Shown: positions 47,338 through 60,991 of the stretch, in pieces
Layout: each line of letters opens with the position of its first letter
Position numbering within the stretch: position 1 is the first letter of the stretch
DNA from: Spirochaetota bacterium
GTDB taxonomy: Bacteria > Spirochaetota > UBA4802 > UBA5550
DNA length: 64,000 bases
NCBI GenBank assembly: GCA_029564515.1
Contig: JAKQPV010000026.1
Location: 38,807 to 102,806, forward strand
Direction of reading: 5' to 3'
Program-made: the position numbers and the translations under genes
The notes under the pieces: model-generated
What the model was told of the DNA's origin: nothing
Database searches by the model: none
Seen by the model: the letters and a program-made list of their open reading frames with translations, nothing else

Positions 47338-49155
47338 TTAATTTACGGCATCGACCAGACTGAAGCTGTCCTTGCCGTCCAGGGGAAACTCGGCATTCAG
47401 GAACGTTACAAGCAGCTGCACGTCCCTCGAACTGTATGCGTGGGTCATCTCGTTACAGATGGCGTTTGCGAGCGGCACGGCGTACTTCTTGTCCTTGCCG
47501 GGCAGGACAATCAGAATTTTATTCCTGTCATATCTCACCGAAAAATCCCTGTCGCTCAACCGCGTTTTGATGAATTTTTCGAAGTACGCAAACATGCCCT
47601 TTGTCTTCTCATGACCGAACAGGGCATGGAAGCGTTTATAGTTCTTGATGGACATCAGCACGAGCGATACGGGTATGTTGAGGTCCCGTGCGTTCCGGAT
47701 CTCGTCCTCGATCCGGTTGTACACGCCTTCGATCGTATCTATATAGCTGCCGCGGCGGTACTCGATCCCGCGTAAAATCGAAATATAGGGAAATATGAAG
47801 TCCGTGAACTTCATGATACGCGCATGCACGGTATCGATATGTGCCGTTTCCGCCAGGTCGAAGAGCATGATGAACCCCAGCAGGTTTCCGCCGAGCTTGA
47901 ACATGAAGATTTCGGACATTGACATGCTTCTCAGTTGCCGTTCGGTAAAAATTTCGATAAGTGTTTTAGACCGGTAAAAATCATTGAAAATGACCGGGCT
48001 CTCGGCATGCGAAAGCTCCTGGACCAGGCCTGAATTCGCCGAGATCCGGAACTCATGCTCATCCAGCTTCAGGCTGTCCTCCGCATCGGCGACAAACAAG
48101 GGGTAATCTCGCGAGGCTTCGTCAAGGGCGAAGATGGCAAATTTCTCAATGCCGAGCTGTTTGAACTCGTCGCGGATAATGTCACGTATCCGCAGGGCCT
48201 GGCCTGCCGTCTCAATGTCGCGCCTGACCTTGTCGACTGCCACGATATGCGATCCCGGGCCGGAGCCGGTTTCCGTCAGCTCTTTATACCGTATCGAACG
48301 GAAGGAAAAAGCCGAGTATTCCGCAATGACATTGAAAAATCCCTTCTCTTCTCCCGTGTAGTCGGCCGAGTTCAGCTTGTTACCAAGGATAATGACGCCG
48401 AGCACCTCTTCGTTGAAAATGATCGGCACCAGCAATCGAGCATCAATCGATATGTAGGTGTAATAATCGTCGCTGAAAGCAGTGTCGCTCTTGTAATCTT
48501 CAACATCTATGATCTCTTTGTTAGTTATGAGCTCCCTGAGGATGCCGGCGGCCGGGCTGAAATCCAACTCATCCCGGTTGACGCTCACGCCCCGCGACTC
48601 GACGATTTCCCACATTTCCGTGTTCTCATAGTTCGGCAGCATGATGGAGGCGGAGGACACGCCGATCTGTCCCATGATTGAAAAAAGAATGACATCAAAC
48701 AGCTCTGACGTGTTGCCTGCCCGGAGGATGTCCTTGCTCATCTCGTACAATACTATGTTATCGAGAAGGACGCCGCTTTCTTCCCAGCCCGCCGCGGGCT
48801 GCGCCGTTTCCCGTCTTTCTGCCCCGTCTCCGTCATCTGGCCTTATCGTAAACCTGGGTTTGCGTGCAGCCTCTTCATCGTCCCCGCCCGCTTCCGATTC
48901 CGCTGTCAAAGGCCCGGTTGGAGCCGGTGTGGCTGGTTCTGCTCCTTCATGCGCCTCGTCCTCAACCGAAACGAGGTCTTCGCTGCCAAGGTACAGGATA
49001 TCATCGTCCGGAAGAATGGGGTCAGAATTTCCGACCATCCCCTCCTGATACGGCGCACCGGTCTGGGCCGGTCCGGTAATTCGGTCCATAATCGTCTTCT
49101 GGCCCCTGCCGGCCATGTCGTTCTTATAGTGTAATGCCTTTTCGAGTAATCCCAT
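47338..49155 (-). CDS. GAF-domain protein with a degenerate GGDEF domain
   Basis: Acidic linker; GAF (LLVPII...LGVIILG); C-terminal IKNYKRFH..FGH..., with VRYDRNKILIVLP in place of RxGGDEF. Confidence 0.7.
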   Translation of the reverse strand: MGLLEKALHYKNDMAGRGQKTIMDRITGPAQTGAPYQEGMVGNSDPILPDDDILYLGSEDLVSVEDEAHEGAEPATPAPTGPLTAESEAGGDDEEAARKPRFTIRPDDGDGAERRETAQPAAGWEESGVLLDNIVLYEMSKDILRAGNTSELFDVILFSIMGQIGVSSASIMLPNYENTEMWEIVESRGVSVNRDELDFSPAAGILRELITNKEIIDVEDYKSDTAFSDDYYTYISIDARLLVPIIFNEEVLGVIILGNKLNSADYTGEEKGFFNVIAEYSAFSFRSIRYKELTETGSGPGSHIVAVDKVRRDIETAGQALRIRDIIRDEFKQLGIEKFAIFALDEASRDYPLFVADAEDSLKLDEHEFRISANSGLVQELSHAESPVIFNDFYRSKTLIEIFTERQLRSMSMSEIFMFKLGGNLLGFIMLFDLAETAHIDTVHARIMKFTDFIFPYISILRGIEYRRGSYIDTIEGVYNRIEDEIRNARDLNIPVSLVLMSIKNYKRFHALFGHEKTKGMFAYFEKFIKTRLSDRDFSVRYDRNKILIVLPGKDKKYAVPLANAICNEMTHAYSSRDVQLLVTFLNAEFPLDGKDSFSLVDAVN

Positions 49156-49157
49156 GG

Positions 49158-51266
49158 TTACACACCCAGTTCATTAAGTACTTTCAGGTACAGGTTGAAG
49201 TAATCGGAGCTTGCGAACTTTCTGATGATCTCTTCCGGCAGCCGTTCAAACAGGCCGTCAAGATACTTGAGCAGAGTCTTGATGTTGACCTGTTTCTGCT
49301 CCGGAAAGGTTTTGACAAAGCGCTCGACGTCAGCCTGGTCTTCAAGTATGACGACTCGGTCCGTGATGTCGCGGATCGGATCTGCTACCGGCGTAACCGC
49401 CGCGGGCTCATGCACCTCGGGCGCGGAGGGCGTGACCACCGGCTCCGCCATGGCGGATTTTATCACCTCCGGAGCGGCCGCCTCCTGCGCGCTTTCTTTC
49501 TCCTCATTCCAGGCGAATGAGCGCTCAACGAGCGCAACGACCTCGACGTCCGTCTTTCCCGTCCGCTTCTTCAGCTGCTCCCGTATGTGCTGTACATCCT
49601 CTTCGAAAATCAGAGCGCTCGAGGCGGAAACATCGTTCTCAATAGAATCCCGCTCGACATCAATAAGGCTTCCTTCCGCCGGAAGAAGATACCGGTAGCG
49701 CCGGTCTTCTTTGGCGCCGACGCGGGTCTCCCTGTCAAATTCATACAGGTGGTACCGGTCGTAGAGATTGACGTCCCGGTACTCTCCTTTAAAGAGCATG
49801 TCTTCAATTGAATCGAATTCATCGGCAGTCAGCCCCAGCAGCTCAAGCCGCGTTGATACGGTTTTCCCGCCCCTGGTACCGAAGAACTCGTCAATCTCGC
49901 GTATGTAGCTGCTGTAGTCCTCCTCGACTATAGCAGTATGGATGTAATCCATCTCCTCATCGCCATACTTGTAATCAAGGTCTTCGAACATTTCCTCATA
50001 CGCCGGCCGAAAGTCGTCGGTTACGGTCGCAATCCGCTTCCGGTCTTCTTCCGCATCCGCTTCCCTGAGCAGATAGGAAGATCCTTCGTCCACCTGTACG
50101 ATCCCGCTTATGATCTTTTCGAGTTTATTCTCTTCGAACACCCCCTCGACAACGGGTTCACCTGACTGCATTTCATCGATAAACACCGCCCGTGCGGCCG
50201 GCCTTCCATCCTGAACCTCAGGCATTATTTCATCAGGCGAAGGCCTCCTGGTTTTCTTCAGAGCCGAGAGATGAACGTCTGCTGCGCGGTCGGGCAGCGG
50301 GGCATCAGGCTCCCTGATCGTTGTGATTTCTTTCTTCAGAGGCGCGGCATCCGTGTGTTTCTCTGCCACCGCGAACGACTTCTCTTTCTCCGCTGCCGGC
50401 GGCATCACGATCCGCTCCTCCGGTTTCTGTACCGGCTCGGCGATGACGGCCTCGCTGTCCGGCATGTTCCATATCATGTATTCATCATTAATGCCAACAT
50501 ATCCTTCCGGCACAGGAGCTGCCTGCTCTTTTACGGTAGTCGGCGCATCTTTCGCGGATACTACCGGCTCCTCTTTTACTGCACCAGCCGGTTCGGGTTC
50601 AGTGGCAGGCGCCGGCCGGGAGATTTCATCGGATGCGAGATCATCCAGCGACATCACCCTGCCTTTATCCATGCCTGCGGTTTCGTCTTCCGTCAGCTCG
50701 CTTATGCGTTCTCCCGGAGTTTCTTCCTCTGTTTCCGCCCGGCTAATTTCCTCAGTAACGGACCCTGCCGCGGGCTGTTCTTCGACCGTAATTTTATGAA
50801 GGGGCACCCACGTGCGTCCCTCTTCGTCAATATTGTCAAGATCTTCAATCGATATCCATGACCTGCCGTCGTCTACGACTTCTTCATGTCGCCGTGCAGG
50901 AGGTTCAACCACCGGGGCACTGACAGGTTTTTCTTCTATTTTATCTGCAATAACGGCATGCTCGCGCTTCTGCGTTGAAACCACAGGCCGGACACCGGCC
51001 TTCGCGGCGGTGCCACGACCTGCCGCGTCTTCGGCCGATTTTACATCTTCTTTGAGGGGAATCAGGTCAAAATCTTCAAGACCTTCTATGAGGTCGTTCT
51101 CGTTCAGGAGCAGAACGCTTTCGTTTGCTACAGCCTCCGCCTCGACAAGGTCAATATTGCCGATAGCGCCGATATCAAAATCCTTCGGCAGGTTTTTTTT
51201 CACACCTTCCGGCAGTTCAATTGTGAAGCCTTTCGGGGCCCCCTTGCTGCTTGAATCCCTGGTCAT
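49158..51266 (-). CDS. Large acidic, largely disordered hypothetical protein with a conserved spirochetal C-terminal helix bundle
   Basis: D/E/P/A-rich; C-terminus LLKYLDGLFERLPEEIIRKFASSDYFNLYLKVLNELGV. Confidence 0.75.
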   Translation of the reverse strand: MTRDSSSKGAPKGFTIELPEGVKKNLPKDFDIGAIGNIDLVEAEAVANESVLLLNENDLIEGLEDFDLIPLKEDVKSAEDAAGRGTAAKAGVRPVVSTQKREHAVIADKIEEKPVSAPVVEPPARRHEEVVDDGRSWISIEDLDNIDEEGRTWVPLHKITVEEQPAAGSVTEEISRAETEEETPGERISELTEDETAGMDKGRVMSLDDLASDEISRPAPATEPEPAGAVKEEPVVSAKDAPTTVKEQAAPVPEGYVGINDEYMIWNMPDSEAVIAEPVQKPEERIVMPPAAEKEKSFAVAEKHTDAAPLKKEITTIREPDAPLPDRAADVHLSALKKTRRPSPDEIMPEVQDGRPAARAVFIDEMQSGEPVVEGVFEENKLEKIISGIVQVDEGSSYLLREADAEEDRKRIATVTDDFRPAYEEMFEDLDYKYGDEEMDYIHTAIVEEDYSSYIREIDEFFGTRGGKTVSTRLELLGLTADEFDSIEDMLFKGEYRDVNLYDRYHLYEFDRETRVGAKEDRRYRYLLPAEGSLIDVERDSIENDVSASSALIFEEDVQHIREQLKKRTGKTDVEVVALVERSFAWNEEKESAQEAAAPEVIKSAMAEPVVTPSAPEVHEPAAVTPVADPIRDITDRVVILEDQADVERFVKTFPEQKQVNIKTLLKYLDGLFERLPEEIIRKFASSDYFNLYLKVLNELGV

Positions 51267-51529
51267 ATCGTACTCTGGATGGTTCCCTGTTATCGTTTAT
51301 TAATATTTGGAAACTTTTATTAACAATTGTTAAGATTTCCTGGTTGCACATCATCATTAGCATTACTTTTTATAAATGCCGATGATGCGACATAATTTGT
51401 ATTCCCTGCCTGTCCAACCGGGAGAATACCCTGTATATAATATCGTGTATAGGGCAAAATAAATCAAGATTTTTAAATTTACGCCGGCAGAGTGCCGGTA
51501 CAACGGGGTTTTGACACGCACCAGAAACA

Positions 51530-51557
51530 AAAAGGATGGCATTTCTGCCATCCTTTT
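51530..51557 (-). terminator. Terminator of the atp operon
   Basis: AAAAGGATGGCA-TTTC-TGCCATCCTTTT just downstream of atpC. Confidence 0.85.
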
Positions 51558-51578
51558 AAGTTTAATATATCCGAAATG

Positions 51579-51983
51579 TTATCTGCTGGCAACCTTCAGC
51601 CTGGCCTTGATCCTTCTCTCCGTGTCCTGGAGGCGTATCCAGTCGCTTGAGAAAGCCTTTATCTCTTGCTGCTTCTGGTCTTGAAGGGCTTTCAGCTTTT
51701 CCTCGAGTTCCTTCTTGTTAAGATCATCTTTCTTCGCGGCGGTTTCCGCGAGAATGATAAGCTTGTTGTCCCGGATTTCTACGACACCGCCCTCTACCAC
51801 AAAATATTCGGTTGTTTTTCCGTCCCTCAGGCGGACTTCTCCATACCCGAGCTCTGAAATGAGCGGCGCATGGTCAACGAGGAAACCAAGCTCACCATTA
51901 TGGGCCTGTACGACGCCGAATGCTATCTCGCCCTCGAACAGGTACCGGTCAGGCGTTAATATGCTGCATTTGATTTTCTTCAT
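51579..51983 (-). CDS. atpC: ATP synthase F1 epsilon subunit
   Basis: ILTPDR, GELGFLVDHAPLISEL, VEGGVVEI; operon position. Confidence 0.95.
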   Translation of the reverse strand: MKKIKCSILTPDRYLFEGEIAFGVVQAHNGELGFLVDHAPLISELGYGEVRLRDGKTTEYFVVEGGVVEIRDNKLIILAETAAKKDDLNKKELEEKLKALQDQKQQEIKAFSSDWIRLQDTERRIKARLKVASR

Positions 51984-51989
51984 CGGTTA

Positions 51990-53417
<1,428 letters not shown>

Positions 53418-53445
53418 CTATAGTATCTATCATTGAAAACTTCTG

Positions 53446-54327
53446 TTATTTGAGAGCCGCGGCTCCACCGACAATCTCCGAAATCTCTTTCGTAATTTTG
53501 GCCTGGCGCACCCTGTTATACGTAATCGTAAGATCCCTGATCATTTCCGACGAAGCGTCGCTCGCGTTCTTCATGGCGACCCTGCGCGCAAATTGCTCTG
53601 AATATGAAGATTCGAGGAAGCATGTGTAAATCTTCACTTTCAGATAGAGCTGTATCAGGTACGCGAATATCCTGGTCGGGTTCGGCTCGAAGTAAAACTC
53701 GAGCTGGGCTCCGGGATACATGTCCTTGATTTCCTCTTCTTCCAGAAGGATCGGCAGAAGCCGTATCAACGCGGGCTTCTGGGACGTATTCGATTTGACC
53801 TTCGTGTACGAGATGTAAACTTCATGGAACTCGCCGCTAAGGAAAAGGCTTCTCAGATCGCTGCCGATCTTGGCGGCCTCGTCGAATGTAAGTTTGTCTT
53901 CCGGATTCATCATAGACTTGAAAGTGGGGATCTTCATGAAATTCATGAATGCCGCCCCCTTCTTGCCTACGTTGAAAATCTGCGCGTCTCTCCCCTCTCC
54001 GGCGAGCTTGTCCTTGAAATTCAGGGACGTTTCTATAATATTGTTGTTGAAGCTTCCGCACAGGCCCCTGTTGCCGGTTATCTGGAATATAAGCACCCGG
54101 GACGGATCATCTGCTTCCCTGAAGTGAGGATCTTCCGAAACCGATACGCCCGAGTTGACCAGGTTGGCAAGGATCTCGTTAACCTTTACGTCATACGGTT
54201 TCGACATCTCAAGCCGCTGCTGCATTTTTTTCATCTTTGCAGTCGAGACCATTTCCATGGTGCTCGTGATCTTCCGTGTATTGGATACGGATTTAATTCG
54301 CTTTTTTATATCCCTTTGAGTGGCCAC
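53446..54327 (-). CDS. atpG: ATP synthase F1 gamma subunit
   Basis: KITSTMEMVS, RGLCGSFN, NRVRQAKITKEISEIVGGA. Confidence 0.97.
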   Translation of the reverse strand: MATQRDIKKRIKSVSNTRKITSTMEMVSTAKMKKMQQRLEMSKPYDVKVNEILANLVNSGVSVSEDPHFREADDPSRVLIFQITGNRGLCGSFNNNIIETSLNFKDKLAGEGRDAQIFNVGKKGAAFMNFMKIPTFKSMMNPEDKLTFDEAAKIGSDLRSLFLSGEFHEVYISYTKVKSNTSQKPALIRLLPILLEEEEIKDMYPGAQLEFYFEPNPTRIFAYLIQLYLKVKIYTCFLESSYSEQFARRVAMKNASDASSEMIRDLTITYNRVRQAKITKEISEIVGGAAALK

Positions 54328-54346
54328 GGTCTAATCCCTTCGTAAA

Positions 54347-56423
<2,077 letters not shown>

Positions 56424-56470
56424 GTCACTACCCTGTCCTGATTTAATAATAGGACAGTCCAGTAATTAAA

Positions 56471-56980
56471 TTACTGAACTGTCCCCATTTTATTCAAGGC
56501 CTCTTCGACGAGAGCCTTCTGATCTTCCGCTTTTATATTCTTATTAATGATCTTTGACGCGATTTCAGTCGAAAGAACAACGACTTCCGTTTTAATATCG
56601 ATGATCGCCTTGTCCTTCGCGAGTTCGATCTCCTTTTTGGCGCGGTCAGCTATCGTCCTCGACTCGGCACTGGCTTTCTCAACGATCTCGTTTTTCATCC
56701 GTTCCGCCTCTTCCCGGCCCTTCGCTATGATCTGGGCAGCTTCGTTACGAGAGTTGTCCATCATCGCTTTATGCTGGGCAAGCAGCTTCTCGGCTTCCTG
56801 ACGAGTACGTTCAGCGTTGTCGATTTCAAAGCGGACTTTTTCAGCCCTGGCATCCATCGCATCGACGATAGGTCTCCACGCCACCTTCCATAGAATGCCC
56901 ATCATAACCAGAAACGTTATGACAGTCCACAGGAGAAGACCCGGATCGACTCTCAGCAGTCCTTCTTTTAAGAAATCCAT
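56471..56980 (-). CDS. atpF: ATP synthase Fo subunit b
   Basis: PGLLLWTVITF TM, AWRPI...DAR, long coiled coil. Confidence 0.95.
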   Translation of the reverse strand: MDFLKEGLLRVDPGLLLWTVITFLVMMGILWKVAWRPIVDAMDARAEKVRFEIDNAERTRQEAEKLLAQHKAMMDNSRNEAAQIIAKGREEAERMKNEIVEKASAESRTIADRAKKEIELAKDKAIIDIKTEVVVLSTEIASKIINKNIKAEDQKALVEEALNKMGTVQ

Positions 56981-57051
56981 ATACGTTACCTTCTAAAAGA
57001 GATAAAAACTCTACGAAGCAAGGCGCATCGCAAAAAACGATGCGTTTTACT

Positions 57052-57345
57052 TTACTTCTTTACTTCTTCCGCTGCCGCAGGTTCGGCCTTCTCAACGTTA
57101 ACAGGCGTCTGCTGCTTCTGAATGGCGAGCATGAAGGTGATAACCAGAGCGAAGAACGTAAAACCTTCGATCAGAGCAGCAGCGATGATCATCGCCGTCC
57201 GCAGGTCGCCGCTCAATTCAGGCTGGCGAGCCATACCTTCGATAGCGCCAGAAGCCAACCGGCCAATACCCATTGCCGCGCCGATAACGACCAGACCAGC
57301 ACCCAGACCAGCTCCCAGATACGATAAACCTAAATATTCCATCAT
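57052..57345 (-). CDS. atpE: ATP synthase Fo subunit c
   Basis: GAGL...GAAMGIG, ARQPE, AALIEG. Confidence 0.97.
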   Translation of the reverse strand: MMEYLGLSYLGAGLGAGLVVIGAAMGIGRLASGAIEGMARQPELSGDLRTAMIIAAALIEGFTFFALVITFMLAIQKQQTPVNVEKAEPAAAEEVKK

Positions 57346-57435
57346 TTCCTCCTAGTTAGTAATACTTAATCTTTCACCTTTATCTTAAACTAATTCATCT
57401 AGAATTAGCTTATGTGCAAAACGAGAAACCCCGCA

Positions 57436-58395
57436 TCAATGTGCGTGTAATGAAGACCCGATAAACATCGCTGACAGGACCGTGAAGATGAAGGCCTGCA
57501 GCCAGGCAACCAGGAGCATCTCAAGAGCGTATATCATCAATGCTCCCACGACAGAGCCGATCCCCACGAAATATGATTGGAACATCATGGTAAGAAAAAG
57601 GAAGATCAGTACGACAACGTGTCCCGCGGTCATGTTGGCAAAGAGACGAACGGTCAGTGAAAACGGCCGGATCAGCAGGCCGATGAGCTCTATCGGCCAC
57701 AGGAGGCAGAGACCGAGGATGAACGGAACGCCATGCGGCACAGTGCCCTTGTAAATCCAGAGGGGGCCCTGCTTGATGAAACCGACGGCAATGATCAGGA
57801 TAAGGGTAAGTATTGCAAGCCCGCCTGTGACGGCCAGGTTACCGGTCGCGGTGGCCATGCCGGGCAGCATACCGAGGTAATTACAGAATAATATAAAGAA
57901 GAAAAGACTCAGGAAATACGGAACGGCTCTCCTCGCGTACTTGCCTTCGAAATTCGGCTCTACCATTTCTTCGAAGACCCACTGGATGATCGATTCCCAC
58001 CAGTTGACCCAGCGTGATTCCGAACCCTTATCGGCTTTTTTAATCTTGAACGCAAGGGGTATAAAAATGCAGAGTATCAGGAACGCCGCGAGCCACATCA
58101 TCATGACCCACTTGGTGATTCTCATATCAAAAATACCGAAGAGCTTTTTGCTCAGCGGTCCTTCGTTGACATGCGCGATAGCATTATTGATTGATTTGAG
58201 GGACGAAAAGAGAATATTTTCACCAGGGCTCGTATGGGAAGGAGTGATGACATGGTCGGTAAGGTGGCCGTTTACAAGCTCACCGACATCCATAGTCTCG
58301 TGATGAGCGCCGCCGGGAGCAAACATGAATATAAGGAACAGCACATATGCGAGAACTACAACAACTCCAAGAACAAGCGGTACTATCCGTTTCAC
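57436..58395 (-). CDS. atpB: ATP synthase Fo subunit a
   Basis: RPFSLTVRLFANMTAGH, LQAFIFTVL. Confidence 0.97.
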   Translation of the reverse strand: MKRIVPLVLGVVVVLAYVLFLIFMFAPGGAHHETMDVGELVNGHLTDHVITPSHTSPGENILFSSLKSINNAIAHVNEGPLSKKLFGIFDMRITKWVMMMWLAAFLILCIFIPLAFKIKKADKGSESRWVNWWESIIQWVFEEMVEPNFEGKYARRAVPYFLSLFFFILFCNYLGMLPGMATATGNLAVTGGLAILTLILIIAVGFIKQGPLWIYKGTVPHGVPFILGLCLLWPIELIGLLIRPFSLTVRLFANMTAGHVVVLIFLFLTMMFQSYFVGIGSVVGALMIYALEMLLVAWLQAFIFTVLSAMFIGSSLHAH

Positions 58396-58543
58396 GGGAA
58401 ATCTCCTACACCAATTGTTTACTCAGTTATTCTTTTCTTCCGCATCGGTGCGATGATAATCAATCGCACCGTCCCATCATGCCGCCTTTGTCACTTGCTG
58501 TGACCATTTAAAAAAACGAGTGTTAAAAATCAAGATAATTTCA

Positions 58544-58810
58544 TCAGAGCCATTTAATTCTTTTCTCATTTCCGGCATTTTTTTCTTTTTCCTGCTTCTC
58601 GATTTTCTCGATATTTTTCAGCACCTTGATTAAATGATAGAATCCGATCGCCATGCCGAGAAATGCTCCGAGGCTCGTGAAGACAGGCGAACTATCGTAG
58701 CGTGTATCGAGCCAATAACCTCCCAGGATAAACAGCGTTACCGTGGCGGCAAGCTGTATGCCCATTGACGAATAGGTAACGATTGACCGGCTTAAGCCTC
58801 TATCACCCAT
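58544..58810 (-). CDS. AtpZ/AtpI-family protein
   Basis: GIQLAA...GGYWLD..Y.SSP.F...G..LG; first gene of the atp operon. Confidence 0.85.
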   Translation of the reverse strand: MGDRGLSRSIVTYSSMGIQLAATVTLFILGGYWLDTRYDSSPVFTSLGAFLGMAIGFYHLIKVLKNIEKIEKQEKEKNAGNEKRIKWL

Positions 58811-58955
58811 TACTATCAGTCAGTCCCCTGTGTAATTACTTAACATCCTCTATCCACTTGTCAGCATTTTTTTTATTAGGGTCATTGTCAAGGTTTTTTC
58901 ATTATACAATCTTTGTTTTTTGGTTGTAAATCGATTAATAACAATTTTCGGGGAT

Positions 58956-59126
58956 GGACTGCTCCCACAAGTCGGTGATTTCACACTCTCCGAGAGCCTG
59001 ATTTATGGTTGTGCGCCGTAATACAAGATTTTGCTCGCACTGATACCTGCATCATCCTGATAAGGCCCTGCTCCGTTATACACGCGTCATTCCCCATGCC
59101 TGCCGACGGCTTCTAAGAACAGTTCC
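58956..59126 (-). ncRNA. ssrS: Probable 6S RNA (ssrS-like)
   Basis: About 170-nt rod: 5' GGAACUGUUCUUAGAAG..GUCGG pairs with 3' CCGACUUGUGGGAGCAGUCC (G-U pairs favour the minus strand); inner stems AGGGCCU/AGGCUCU and GUGCG/CGCAC with a central bubble; no ORF. Confidence 0.6.
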
Positions 59127-59300
59127 GTTACCGGATCACGCTATTTTTCACGCAGAATAAATTAAAGAATACTCCCGAAATATTAAGCATGGAGAGATTC
59201 TTGACGATAATAAAAAAGTCAGCGCCGCGGTCAAACGATCCCGGTGCGGTAATTACCGGTCTCATGGTTTCTCTATACCGGCTTGTACAAAGGACCCTGT

Positions 59301-59555
59301 ATGAAATTATCTATTAAAATAATCCAGAGCCATGACGAAATTATCGCGAATTGCCCCGAGCTTGACATCAATTGCTACGGTTCCGACAGGGATGAAGCGG
59401 TACGGAGGATAAAAAAGGTTATAGATTTTTACGTAGATTCCGCCAAGGAGCTGGGTCTTGACGTGGAATCCCTCTCCGAGATATCGGTTGAAGGCGAGAT
59501 AAACCACGGCCTTGCCGACAGTTACGCCAGTGCCCATCCGGACAGCATCAATTAA
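59301..59555 (+). CDS. HicB-like (RNase H-fold antitoxin domain) protein, no adjacent HicA
   Basis: IANCPELDINCYGSDRDEAVRRIKKVIDFYV; AAGGA RBS. Confidence 0.7.
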   Translation: MKLSIKIIQSHDEIIANCPELDINCYGSDRDEAVRRIKKVIDFYVDSAKELGLDVESLSEISVEGEINHGLADSYASAHPDSIN

Positions 59556-59561
59556 AAAAAC

Positions 59562-59583
59562 AAAGGCCCCTTGCGGGGCCTTT
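59562..59583. terminator. Bidirectional terminator
   Basis: AAAGGCCCC-TTGC-GGGGCCTTT between convergent genes. Confidence 0.8.
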
Positions 59584-59599
59584 CACATCATCAGCACAA

Positions 59600-60991
59600 T
59601 CACTTGCCTTCCAGTTCGTCGTCATCAATCTTGAACTTGTTGCTGCTGAGCAGTTCCTCGACCCAGGACTTCCGCTTATCCGATCGCTTGATATCGTGAA
59701 GCCTGCGCTCGATGCTCGGCCGCACCTCTGCGAACGGGATCACTTTCTTCACATTTTTACCGCCCTCGTTTGAGGTCCTGGTGTACATCCGGTCTTTGTT
59801 CTTGTTATAATAATCCTGCACATCCTGCGGAGTTACCGTTATGCCGCCGAGAATGACGTCTGACTCGTATGTCGACGAGAGATTGTAATCCAGGAATATC
59901 TTCAGCTCTTTCACGAATTTTTCTTCCTTGTCAATGCCCCGCTTGACGGCTTCGCGCATCATGACATCTTCCCTTAATATTTTCTTTGCCAGCTCACGCC
60001 TCATCTTGTCCTCGACCTTCATGTCGGAGCGTCCCATCATCTTTCTCTTCGACATCACGAAGTCTATCAGCTTGTTCAGATCGGCGACGGTAAATTCGGT
60101 TTTCCCGAGCCTATACACAATGGCGGCCGGGTTGGTCAGAACCACTGTCTCTGTATTATTCTCAACGTCCTTCGCCTTGATGAGCTTTTCCTGGAGCCGC
60201 AAGGCCGCGTTGTAGGTCAGCCTGCGCTTCATGCCTGCCTGCTGGGCCTTGTCCTCGATGACATCATCGATATTGTCTTCGTTGATCTCCACGGACTCTT
60301 CCGCCTTGATGATATAGACCGCATTGCCGACCCTGACCGGCTCCTTTGTGTAGGTGCCGCTTTTCACGGCAAACACTGCCTTCGAAAAATCCTGGCCGCG
60401 CATCCCCTCGAGAACGAACCCGATGTCGCCGCCCTTTCTCTTGGAAAAATCATCGGAGTATTTCTTCGCTGCCTCATCGAACGCCAGGCCGCCGTCAAGC
60501 TCCTTGATGACCGTTCGCGCCTTGTCCTCTTTCTCTTTAAGGGCCGTCTCAAGCTCGGCCGGCGTCAGCTTCTCTCGCCTGTTCTGTACAATCTTGAAAT
60601 TCTTTACCGCAAACTTGATAATGCTGGCCTTGACGGCTTTCTCACTGAACGATCCCTCCGAGCTCATCTGTCTGCCAAGGTACTGGGAATAGAAATTCCT
60701 CGTTGCGAGTTTTCTCAAAAACTGAAAATCCTCTTTCTTGTCAAACCCGGCCTTGACGGCCTCCCGCACGACAAACCTCTCGACAGCGAAACGCTCGAGG
60801 TGTGTTTTCTGCTGCTGCTTCTTCTTTAAAATTGCATCTTTCGCCATCCGACGGGCGTCCATCCAGTCGTAGAACTCCCCCCTCGTAATAGTGCCGCCGT
60901 TATATGTGGCAAGGACATCTCCTGCCCTTTTACACGAGGCCGCTGAAAAAGCTACGGCTGCAACTATGGTGAAAATCATCATCTTTTTCAT
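59600..60991 (-). CDS. Parvulin (PpiC-type) peptidyl-prolyl isomerase lipoprotein, PrsA/SurA-like
   Basis: Start MKKMMIF with lipobox-like SAAS|C; FDEAAKKYSDD....GGDIGF. Confidence 0.85.
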   Translation of the reverse strand: MKKMMIFTIVAAVAFSAASCKRAGDVLATYNGGTITRGEFYDWMDARRMAKDAILKKKQQQKTHLERFAVERFVVREAVKAGFDKKEDFQFLRKLATRNFYSQYLGRQMSSEGSFSEKAVKASIIKFAVKNFKIVQNRREKLTPAELETALKEKEDKARTVIKELDGGLAFDEAAKKYSDDFSKRKGGDIGFVLEGMRGQDFSKAVFAVKSGTYTKEPVRVGNAVYIIKAEESVEINEDNIDDVIEDKAQQAGMKRRLTYNAALRLQEKLIKAKDVENNTETVVLTNPAAIVYRLGKTEFTVADLNKLIDFVMSKRKMMGRSDMKVEDKMRRELAKKILREDVMMREAVKRGIDKEEKFVKELKIFLDYNLSSTYESDVILGGITVTPQDVQDYYNKNKDRMYTRTSNEGGKNVKKVIPFAEVRPSIERRLHDIKRSDKRKSWVEELLSSNKFKIDDDELEGK

